Source: a virus
Lineage: Duplodnaviria; Caudoviricetes
Length of the DNA: 38,109 nucleotides
Virus record (IMG/VR): IMGVR_UViG_3300027887_000029
Location: 1-38,109 of that record
Strand: one strand, 5' to 3'
Shown: positions 28,143-37,000 of the stretch, piece after piece
How the letters are laid out: the number at the start of each line of letters is the position of its first letter
Numbering within the stretch: the first letter of the stretch is position 1
The notes under the pieces: model-generated
Databases searched by the model: none
Told to the model about the DNA's origin: nothing
What the model saw: the letters and a program-made list of their open reading frames with translations, nothing else
Position numbers and translations under genes: made by a program

Positions 28143-28235
28143 ATGGAAAGATCATTATGGATCTTGATAGAGGAATGTGAAGAATACTATTTCTTTCTTT
28201 ACATTAATAAGCATTTTGAGTGTGGGGACTTTTAA
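28143..28235 (+). CDS. 30-aa hypothetical peptide
   Basis: AAGGAGGTG RBS; MERSLWILIEECEEYYFFLYINKHFECGDF. Confidence 0.4.
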   Translation: MERSLWILIEECEEYYFFLYINKHFECGDF

Positions 28236-28299
28236 AGTTCAGTCGTTAACAAAAAGAAATAGAACAAAATACTATAAAACTAAAAGGGAGGATTTTTTC

Positions 28300-28587
28300 A
28301 TGAAGAAACTATTTGTAACTGTATTATTAATCGTTGGAGTATTAGCTTCTGGATTGAGTTTTGCTCAATCAACTGCTACTTCACAGGGGACTATTAATGG
28401 ATTCTCATTTGGATCTAGTGCTACACTACCACAAGGAACATATGGAACTGTAACACAACCATATAGTGGAACCATTACAAGACCTGGTGTTACTGGAACT
28501 TATAGTGGTAGTTCTACAGTAATTCAAACACCGCACTCTTCATATTCATCTAGTTCTGGATCTGTATCTGTTAGAACCACTAGATAA
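28300..28587 (+). CDS. Exported Ser/Thr/Gly-rich protein with a Sec signal peptide (95 aa)
   Basis: MKKLFVTVLLIVGVLASGLSFA|QS; GGAGG RBS; own AGAACAAAATA motif at 28261 and a downstream hairpin. Confidence 0.7.
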   Translation: MKKLFVTVLLIVGVLASGLSFAQSTATSQGTINGFSFGSSATLPQGTYGTVTQPYSGTITRPGVTGTYSGSSTVIQTPHSSYSSSSGSVSVRTTR

Positions 28588-28598
28588 GAAACAAACTA

Positions 28599-28631
28599 CA
28601 AGGGCAAGATTTAGATATAGTCTTGCCCTTG
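28599..28631 (+). terminator. Terminator-like hairpin
   Basis: CAAGGGCAAGA / TCTTGCCCTTG 11-bp stem followed by AATCTTTT. Confidence 0.65.
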
Positions 28632-28681
28632 AATCTTTTAAAAGGAGGATTAGAAAAGTTATTTCAAGGGAGAGAAAAGAA

Positions 28682-28861
28682 ATGAATTTGATAAAATTTC
28701 TATTGATTTTAGTTGTATTTGTTCTAATTCAAGGGTGTGTATCTACGAATTCTAATTACAATACAACTAGAATACTAAATGATAAAGGTCAAGTTATAGG
28801 TTACGAAACACCTACAAAGGTTATGGATACTAAAGGTAGAGTTTTATTCTATAAAAGATAG
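28682..28861 (+). CDS. 59-aa predicted lipoprotein (not in the ORF track)
   Basis: MNLIKFLLILVVFVLIQG|C lipobox-like signal; GGAG RBS. Confidence 0.62.
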   Translation: MNLIKFLLILVVFVLIQGCVSTNSNYNTTRILNDKGQVIGYETPTKVMDTKGRVLFYKR

Positions 28862-28863
28862 TC

Positions 28864-29142
28864 TTAGTGTCTAAAGTAAGTAAATAAAAAAGTAAAAGCT
28901 GAAATGATGAAAGCTACTATACCACCAACTACACCACCAGTTTTTCTTACAGCATTAATCTCTTTATTACTAACATATCTTTCATCACATGCATTAATTC
29001 TACAAGCACATGTTTTCTTTATTTCAGCAATATCTTTTTTGATTTCTTTTAAGTCTTCTTTTGTTTCTACTTGAAACGATTGTAATGATGTATATAGATG
29101 AACAAGAAGATCTCTATCATTGTTGAAAGGGAAATCTGTCAT
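28864..29142 (-). CDS. Holin-like membrane protein (coiled coil plus C-terminal TM helix)
   Basis: GGVVGGIVAFIISAFTFLFTYF; last gene of the minus block; start ATG 29142 with GGAG. Confidence 0.5.
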   Translation of the reverse strand: MTDFPFNNDRDLLVHLYTSLQSFQVETKEDLKEIKKDIAEIKKTCACRINACDERYVSNKEINAVRKTGGVVGGIVAFIISAFTFLFTYFRH

Positions 29143-29146
29143 ATTA

Positions 29147-29524
29147 TTAATCTCCATATTGTATTTTTCTTTCTATTATCATATGGCAACTCTGACAAAC
29201 ACACATCCATGCATTAATATTCATAACTGTATAATCTTTTGGAACTAGAGTATTATGCATGGATAGAGATTTTCCATTTTCTTTAATTTCATCTTTATTA
29301 GTTTTACCACATATTTCGCAATACCCAGTAAAAAAGTATTTTCTAGCTTTACTATGCCAATAGTCATAACAACCACCAGCAAATCTTGAAATCTTTTTTA
29401 AATTTTCTTCAGAATGTTTCTTTCCATAAAAAGGATTTTTTTCACCTTTCATTTTCTCTGAATGTTCTGGTCTTTTCTTTCCAAACATTGGATTTTGTTT
29501 GCCAACATTATATGATTTTTTCAT
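29147..29524 (-). CDS. NUMOD3 HNH-like protein, 'MHN' variant
   Basis: NPMFGKK, GEKNPFYGKKHSEE, LSMHNTLVPKDY...CQSCH. Confidence 0.8.
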   Translation of the reverse strand: MKKSYNVGKQNPMFGKKRPEHSEKMKGEKNPFYGKKHSEENLKKISRFAGGCYDYWHSKARKYFFTGYCEICGKTNKDEIKENGKSLSMHNTLVPKDYTVMNINAWMCVCQSCHMIIERKIQYGD

Positions 29525-29533
29525 TTTTTATTC

Positions 29534-29881
29534 CTATATAGATACAGCTCGAATTAGAGGGAAGTTGGCTTCTTTAACACTACCTGTATTCAATGTTACT
29601 ACGAAGTTCAATCTATAACGTCCATCAGTTCCTGGATATTGTAAAGTTACTGTTACTATGTTATTCAATTCACTGGGAATACCATCTATCAAATCTCCAG
29701 TAACATCTTCATTCTTATCATTGTATCCAGTAACATCTACACTAGATATAGTTGTTCCGAAGGGCGTAAATCCATCATTAGCTTTAGCACTTGAACAAAT
29801 CGTGAACTCAAAGTCGTAGGGAATAACATCATTTGGAAGTAATGTTATTTCTGAAGTTCCTTTGAAATTTGATAGTGACAT
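29534..29881 (-). CDS. Ig-like virion protein, possible fibre adaptor
   Basis: PNDVIPYDFEF...GTDGRYRLNFVVTLNTG beta-rich pattern; located in the fibre module. Confidence 0.45.
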   Translation of the reverse strand: MSLSNFKGTSEITLLPNDVIPYDFEFTICSSAKANDGFTPFGTTISSVDVTGYNDKNEDVTGDLIDGIPSELNNIVTVTLQYPGTDGRYRLNFVVTLNTGSVKEANFPLIRAVSI

Positions 29882-29908
29882 TTCTTTTCTCCTATATTAA
29901 TATGTTCC

Positions 29909-30178
29909 TTATTTGACCTTAGATAGAAACTGGTAAATTTCTTCTAGACTTACATAGTAATAGTTTGCTTTTATAGTATCTATAAAGTATACACCTGCTT
30001 CTGTAACTAGATAGTAACTTTTCGATATAGTATTGTAGTAGTAGGTTCCATTATTAGTTACAAATTGATATACACCTTCAATCCCGGATGGAATCCACTG
30101 GTTCAAATCAGTTTTAACCCACTGTAATAGATCTGAAGTTACCCATTGTTGTAGATCATACCCAGTTAGAATACCCAT
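29909..30178 (-). CDS. 89-aa Tyr-rich protein with short internal repeats
   Basis: DLxQW three times; GVYQF/GTYYY/GVYFI repeats; AGGAG RBS. Confidence 0.55.
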   Translation of the reverse strand: MGILTGYDLQQWVTSDLLQWVKTDLNQWIPSGIEGVYQFVTNNGTYYYNTISKSYYLVTEAGVYFIDTIKANYYYVSLEEIYQFLSKVK

Positions 30179-30188
30179 AGTTTACTCC

Positions 30189-31286
30189 TTACGAATTGAA
30201 ATGGCATGGAAATGGACTACTAACTTCTCTAGTATAGTATACTACAAATAACTCAAATTGATTAACACTAATTGTTCCATTAGTATCATACCATCCAAAA
30301 GCACATCTTAAGTCTACATTATTTACAATAGTCCAACTAGTGAAATCATCAGCATTATAACCAGATGGAGTTGATGATCCATTATAATATTCTGTTATAG
30401 CATCTCCATAATCATCTTCTGTTGTAGATATAGATAAAATACCATCACCAGCAATACTACCAAAATAATCAACCCAGTTACTACCGTTATTAATACTTAC
30501 TGAAATAACACTATAATAATATACTGCTGCACTAGCTTTTAACTTTACTTTAGTTCCAACAAATTTTATTTCTCCAGAAGTAATAACATTATCATGTCCA
30601 GTAGCTCTTAATAAATAAGAATAATTTGGACTTGTTAAAGCTACAGTAGCATAATTACCATCATTATCATCCCATGCATAAGCAGAATTTGTCCAGTCAG
30701 TATCATTCCATGGAGAAGTAGCACTAGATGTTGATCCTGCATTGTAATGTATAGTAGTAGTATTTCTAGTTACTGTTTGTGTTGTATATTCAACTTTAAC
30801 ATATAATTGATTACAATAAGCAGTATAAGAACCAGTAGATGAAACTGCTAAAATAATATATAAATCTTCAATATCAGACCATGTTATTTCACTATAGTCA
30901 TATTTATAACATTCAATCCAAAAAGTTTCTTCTGTATTTATTTGTGAGTTTTTTATATTATCCCCAATTAATAAATTTGAACCAAAAGTTGGATTTGCAA
31001 AAGTTATATCATCAGTACCAATCATAAAATATGATAAATTCAAATTACTACTCTTAATTTTACAACCAAACCAAACTCTTGATATAGATCCAGAATAACC
31101 AGAAGTATTTATAGGATCTCCAAATAAATATTCACTAACTCCAAATCCAGTAAAAACAACACTAGCTAAATTTCCATCATTATTATCATAAGCATATTCT
31201 GGATGAGTCCAGTCAGTAGATCCTTCATCACCCATACTACCAGAAGTGCAACTAAAAGTATGAGTTAACCAATTTATTGCTGGCAT
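30189..31286 (-). CDS. Virion protein with two tandem predicted beta-sandwich domains
   Basis: TDWTHPEYAYDNNDGNLA / TDWTNSAYAWDDNDGNYA internal duplication. Confidence 0.6.
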   Translation of the reverse strand: MPAINWLTHTFSCTSGSMGDEGSTDWTHPEYAYDNNDGNLASVVFTGFGVSEYLFGDPINTSGYSGSISRVWFGCKIKSSNLNLSYFMIGTDDITFANPTFGSNLLIGDNIKNSQINTEETFWIECYKYDYSEITWSDIEDLYIILAVSSTGSYTAYCNQLYVKVEYTTQTVTRNTTTIHYNAGSTSSATSPWNDTDWTNSAYAWDDNDGNYATVALTSPNYSYLLRATGHDNVITSGEIKFVGTKVKLKASAAVYYYSVISVSINNGSNWVDYFGSIAGDGILSISTTEDDYGDAITEYYNGSSTPSGYNADDFTSWTIVNNVDLRCAFGWYDTNGTISVNQFELFVVYYTREVSSPFPCHFNS

Positions 31287-31567
31287 TAAACTAGATCCTC
31301 ATCAAGCGAAGTTTTCAAAATAGCAAAATTTTGTAAAGGTTTAACTTGAATGAAAGCATCTCCAATAGCTTGAATCTTTGAATACAAATTTGGTTTAAGT
31401 AATAATATATCATAAGGAAGATCTTTTATCTTTTGATAAATTTGTTCATGAACACTTCTATAAGATTCTAAATCTTCTTTTAATATATTTTGTAATAACC
31501 ATTCTCTTTCAAATATTACTTTAACTATTTCAAATCCTCTTGGAAATCCTCTTCTAAATCTAATCAT
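31286..31567 (-). CDS. 93-aa hypothetical protein
   Basis: Start moved to ATG 31567 (MIRFRRG) with GGAGG at 31576-31580. Confidence 0.6.
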   Translation of the reverse strand: MIRFRRGFPRGFEIVKVIFEREWLLQNILKEDLESYRSVHEQIYQKIKDLPYDILLLKPNLYSKIQAIGDAFIQVKPLQNFAILKTSLDEDLV

Positions 31568-31568
31568 A

Positions 31569-32531
31569 TTAATGTCCTCCATCATATTGAACATCAATAC
31601 AACTTTTACAAATAGTTCCAGAAACATCTTTGGATAGATGTGCTCTTCGCAACTCTCTAAACTTTTCTGAATACCATATCTCATTTAAAGTTTGTGTTTT
31701 CATATCACCCATAATCCAATTTCCACTAGCATCATGACAGCAGCATGTGAAAGATCCATCTACCATTACATGACCACCAGTAAATAATGACCAACAAGGA
31801 AGTGGTTGAACTGGATTATCATACATACCAACATTACCAGGAGTCTTGATATTACCAAACTCAGGAACCTCATTCAATAAAGGTAACCAATAATGCTCAT
31901 CTACGTAAGGTAGAATATGAACATTTAATAGTGGTTGCATCTTTTCTACCTGTTCATCATTGTATCTAATACTTGAAGCATACAATCTAGTTTGGTATCC
32001 ATTCAGCTGTCTAGATTCATATGCTGCTTTTACATTATGTAGAACCAGTTCAAATACTCTTTGAGCATCATGTTTTGGGATGCAAGTCATGCTGGTGAAT
32101 TGCTCTAAATCTGCAAAGTTAATAGACCACTTTAAACTATCTAATCCTCTTTTCATACATCTATTAACTTCATGACCAGCAGCAACAGAACCATTTGAAG
32201 TTAGAAACACATAAGGAATTTGAAGTTCATCTTTTAGATAACTAATTGCATTGTATAGAATATTAGCACACAAGAAAGGTTCTCCAATATAGAATAAACC
32301 AACTTCATTCACACCACATTGTTTTAGATCATTAGCTATCTTTTTGAATAAGTCGAAATCCATTTCTGGTTGAGGTGGAGTTGTTCTTGTAGTTAATGAA
32401 CAATAGGAACATTTGAAGTTACAAACCGAACATAGTTCTATCTTCACACTCTTTGGATAAGGTGGATCTTCTCGTAAGTATTCAGCTGGTAGATTTGCTA
32501 CATTGAAAAGTCTTGTTGTAATTTTTTCCAT
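31569..32531 (-). CDS. Radical SAM enzyme with SPASM/twitch domain
   Basis: CNFKCSYC (CxxxCxxC), GEP, TSNG; PC...VDG..TCCCHD...MGD...TLNEIW...CKSC. Confidence 0.92.
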   Translation of the reverse strand: MEKITTRLFNVANLPAEYLREDPPYPKSVKIELCSVCNFKCSYCSLTTRTTPPQPEMDFDLFKKIANDLKQCGVNEVGLFYIGEPFLCANILYNAISYLKDELQIPYVFLTSNGSVAAGHEVNRCMKRGLDSLKWSINFADLEQFTSMTCIPKHDAQRVFELVLHNVKAAYESRQLNGYQTRLYASSIRYNDEQVEKMQPLLNVHILPYVDEHYWLPLLNEVPEFGNIKTPGNVGMYDNPVQPLPCWSLFTGGHVMVDGSFTCCCHDASGNWIMGDMKTQTLNEIWYSEKFRELRRAHLSKDVSGTICKSCIDVQYDGGH

Positions 32532-33997
32532 TATGCTTTGTCTCCTACTTTTGGAACCATTTTGATTATTATCCTTCTAATCTTTCTTGGTGGTAGTTTA
32601 GTATCTGCTTGAAATTCATTTACTTCTTCAACACCAGCAGAAAGTAGATCAAAGTATTTACTTAATCTTCCTAACCACCACTCCATACTTTGTTGAATTA
32701 GATGTGTGTTTCTTCCATCTGGTAAAGTTTTTCCACTCTTTCCAGTATTTAGAACTACAAAACACATTTTCTTTGTGCATCTTTTCAAGTCTTGTAATGT
32801 TTCTTCAAGAAATTCTGGTTCTATATGTTCTAATACATCTATACAAGTAACTAGATCTGCTGGTCTAGCACTTCTATCTTTACCTTCAATTGCTGGATCA
32901 TATTCCCAAATTGGAAAATCCAACGCCATTCCAAGAGCACCTTTACCACATCCATAATCCAATAAAGTTCTTGCATCAATATCATGATACAAGTCTCTAA
33001 CTCTACTAATATAGTTAGCACCACTCAATCCATAATCAGGATCCATAGAATGTAATAGTCTATTTTGATATATATAGTCTCTAGATATGGTGTTAGGTGG
33101 AGTTAGAAATGCAATACTTGAAGCTGGAACTTTAACATCCATTATTCTATCTCGCATCTTATTACACGCCATATGTTGTATCATTCCGGTTCCATGTAGA
33201 GTTATTGCTACATCTGGAAGTAAAGACCACTCATGAAAAAACTGTTGTGCACATAAGTAATATGCTGGAGTAGTGTAGTATGTTATTCCATCTATAACTG
33301 TAGTTATATATTCCTTTGGAGCATTTGGATGTTCAGCTGCGTGTCTCAATCCATCCTTCTCAAAGTTTCCATCCATTCCAAATAAGTGAATATTAGTGAA
33401 TCCTAAGAATCTACAAATAACTAAAGCTCGTAGACCAACATTACTCCCACCAGTTATAACCCATTCTCCCTTTGGAATTACTTTTAAAACTTCATCAGCA
33501 TCACTACCATCATATCCATGCCATAAAGTAATGTTAGCATTGTGACTTTCTAAATGGTCAAATAGTTTTGGATGACAAGTGCTACAGATTAAGAACTCTG
33601 TATCAGGACTAATATCATCCCCTATCAATGCTACCTTATGTGGTCTCGGATCTACATCTACATGATAAGTTGGAGTAAATCCTTTCTCTCTAATAAACTT
33701 ATGTGAACCACTACAAGTCATTATGTATTTGAAGTTCTTTAGATCAGGCCAAGATTCTTTTAAACTAGGTCCAAAACAAACTAAAGCTATTGGATCTGGT
33801 TTAGTTACAATAACTGGTTTGATTCTTTTCTTTACTCTTTCTATTGATAATCTTATTTGCTCATCTTTCAACCAGTTAGGAATACAGTATTGAGCATCAA
33901 TTACTTCATCACCTTTTATTTCTTGTCCAACTACAAAAGGTTTTCCATTAATAGTTGCAACGGGTTTTCCTTCTTGAAAAGGTTTTATATCTGACAT
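32531..33997 (-). CDS. Maf/DUF115 (MptE-like) domain fused to a class I SAM methyltransferase
   Basis: FGPSL, PTYHVDVDP, GGSNVG, LGFTNIHLFGMD; C-terminal LDYGCGKG and DLVTCIDVLEHI. Confidence 0.8.
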   Translation of the reverse strand: MSDIKPFQEGKPVATINGKPFVVGQEIKGDEVIDAQYCIPNWLKDEQIRLSIERVKKRIKPVIVTKPDPIALVCFGPSLKESWPDLKNFKYIMTCSGSHKFIREKGFTPTYHVDVDPRPHKVALIGDDISPDTEFLICSTCHPKLFDHLESHNANITLWHGYDGSDADEVLKVIPKGEWVITGGSNVGLRALVICRFLGFTNIHLFGMDGNFEKDGLRHAAEHPNAPKEYITTVIDGITYYTTPAYYLCAQQFFHEWSLLPDVAITLHGTGMIQHMACNKMRDRIMDVKVPASSIAFLTPPNTISRDYIYQNRLLHSMDPDYGLSGANYISRVRDLYHDIDARTLLDYGCGKGALGMALDFPIWEYDPAIEGKDRSARPADLVTCIDVLEHIEPEFLEETLQDLKRCTKKMCFVVLNTGKSGKTLPDGRNTHLIQQSMEWWLGRLSKYFDLLSAGVEEVNEFQADTKLPPRKIRRIIIKMVPKVGDKA

Positions 33998-34018
33998 TTT
34001 CTTTCTCCCAAAAATGTT

Positions 34019-37000
34019 TTAAGCTACTTTCCAGAACCTCATATTAGAACCAGCTTTCATTGTGCATGTTAAACTTGCTGTTTCAGATCTAAACATTATT
34101 TGAACAGAACCACCAGCATTTACTAAGCATGCTCCTCTCATGAATAATGCATAGTTAGTTCCTGCTGCTTGAACAGTTGCAAATTGAACACTTGTTGATC
34201 CACCAGCATATATACCAGTAGTCATTGCTGATACTGCTTGAGAAGCACCTGCTGCTCCTGCTGCTTCAATTGTAGCTGCAAAGTTTGTCCAAGATAAAGT
34301 AGATAGTGACATTGTTATACCAATACCACAAGCAGTAGATGCTGATTGATAAATGAAGAAAGCTTCAAAGTTATAATAACCTCCAGCCGCTAAGTTAAAA
34401 CTAAATCCAGACATATTAGTCATTGCTGCTGTTCCAGTTACAACTTGATCTCCAGTAAGAGCATACTTTAAAACTGTTTCTCCACTAGAACCTGAACTTC
34501 CACTTGAACCCGATGAACCACTAGAACCTGATGTTCCACTAGACCCTGATGAACCAGAAGTTCCACTACTACCTGAACTACCTGAAGTTCCTGATGAACC
34601 ATTAGATCCTGAAGTTCCTGATGTTCCACTTGAACCACTACTTCCACTACTACCTGAACTACCAGATGTTCCTGAACTACCACTTGATCCACTAGTTCCT
34701 GATGAACCAGAACTACCTGAAGTTCCGCTTGAACCAGAACTACCAGATGTTCCTCTAGTTCCTGAAGTTCCACTAGAACCACTTGAACCACTACTACCAG
34801 ATGTTCCTGCTTGAACTAATAGTGTCCATCTACCAGCAGATAAGTCATCTGCAAATGTTCCAGAAGTATGATCTGTTTCGCAAACATAACCACTACCATC
34901 AGATTGAATACAATCATTCTCATGATATGCAGTAGATGTTGCCCATGTTCCTTCCCAAGGATAAGGAGTTCCACCTGCTGCTCCAGCTGTTCCTGCTGAA
35001 CCAGCTGTTCCACTAGATCCTGAAGATCCACTTGTTCCTGAACTACCACTACTTCCACTAGTTCCAGATGATCCACTACTTCCACTTGATCCTGATGTTC
35101 CTCTTGTTCCTGATGTTCCACTACTTCCACTAGAACCAGATGTTCCACTACTTCCACTAGATCCGCTAGTTCCAGAACTTCCACTACTTCCTGATGTTCC
35201 TGATGATCCGCTACTACCAGATGTTCCTGAACTTCCTGATGAACCACTTGAACCGCTACTACCATTAGCACCAGAACTACCACTTGAACCGCTACTACCA
35301 TTAGCACCAGATGATCCAGAAGAACCATCAGCACCACTACTTCCACTACTTCCACTTGAACCAGTTTCTCCAGATGAACCACTAGAACCACTACTTCCTG
35401 AACTTCCTGATGTTCCTGAACTACCACTTGATCCTGAAGTTCCTGATGAACCACTAGTTCCACTTGATCCTGATGAACCACTAGAACCGCTTGTTCCTCT
35501 TGTTCCACTTGTTCCTGAACTACCAGAAGAACCAGAAGTTCCACTAGAACCACTAGAACCTGATGTTCCTGATGACCCAGAAGAACCAGATGTCCCACTA
35601 CTTCCACTTGAACCTGATGTTCCACTAGATCCACTACTACCTGGAGCTCCTGTAGCTCCTGAACTTCCACTTGAACCACTACTACCACTAGTTCCACTTG
35701 AACCACTAGATCCACTACTACCTGGAGCTCCTGAACTTCCACTTGATCCACTTGAACCACTACTACCACTAGTTCCACTTGAACCACTAGAACCTGATGT
35801 TCCTGATGATCCTGAACTTCCTGAAGTTCCAGATGAACCACTAGAACCAGATGTTCCAGATGAACCACTACTACCTGAAGTTCCACTACTACCTGATGAT
35901 CCAGAAGTTCCACTAGAACCACTAGAACCTGATGTTCCTGATGATCCTGAACTTCCTGATGTTCCACTAGATCCTGATGATCCTGATGTTCCACTTGATC
36001 CAGATGATCCTGGTGCTCCAGTTTGTCCTGAACTACCACTTGAACCAGAACTACCAGATGAACCACTACTACCACTTGTTCCTGAACTTCCACTTGAACC
36101 AGAAGTTCCACTTGAACCACTAGAACCTGAACTACCTGCTGGTCCTGGTGCTCCTGCTAAAGATACATCCCAATCACTAAATGTTCCTACTCCAGTTGTA
36201 GTTGTAACGTCTACTATTAATTCTCCAGTTAATGGATTGTATGATGTTATAGTTCCTTCAAACTTATGAGAAGCATCATTAGCAACAACTATAGATTGTC
36301 CAACGGATAATTGCAATCCAGTTTCAACTGTTAATGTTTGAGGATCATCTCCTAAATCTAATTCAGTAGAAGATGTAGTTGTATATCTATCACCTGCTTG
36401 TCCTGCTGTTCCAGAACTACCAGCTGAACCAGATGAACCAGAACTTCCAGATGAACCTGATGTTCCTGAAGAACCACTTGAACCAGATGTTCCTGATGAT
36501 CCAGAACTACCTGATGTTCCACTAGAACCTGAACTTCCACTAGATCCAGATGTTCCTCTAGTTCCAGAAGTTCCACTTGATCCAGCTGATCCGCTAGTTC
36601 CAGAACTACCACTTGAACCTGATGTTCCGCTTGATCCACTTGAACCTGAAGTTCCACTAGAACCGCTACTACCAGTTGAACCTGAACTACCAGAAGATCC
36701 AGAACTTCCAGATGAACCTGATGTTCCACTTGATCCTGCACTTCCACTAGATCCAGAACTACCTGATGATCCACTAGTTCCACTTGAACCACTAGAACCA
36801 GATGAACCTGAACTACCAGATGTTCCACTAGAACCACTACTTCCAGAACTACCTGATGTTCCAGAAGATCCAGAACTACCTGATGTTCCACTTGATCCAG
36901 ATGAACCTTCAGCACCAGATGATCCTGATGAACCAGAACTTCCACTTGAACCAGATGATCCTGATGAACCAGAACTACCAGATGAACCACTTGTTCCTGA

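Noticed and set aside
25067-29350. Inverted 168-bp similarity as an invertible-segment boundary
   Set aside because: The copies differ at many synonymous sites and no invertase is encoded; better explained as paralogous coding domains
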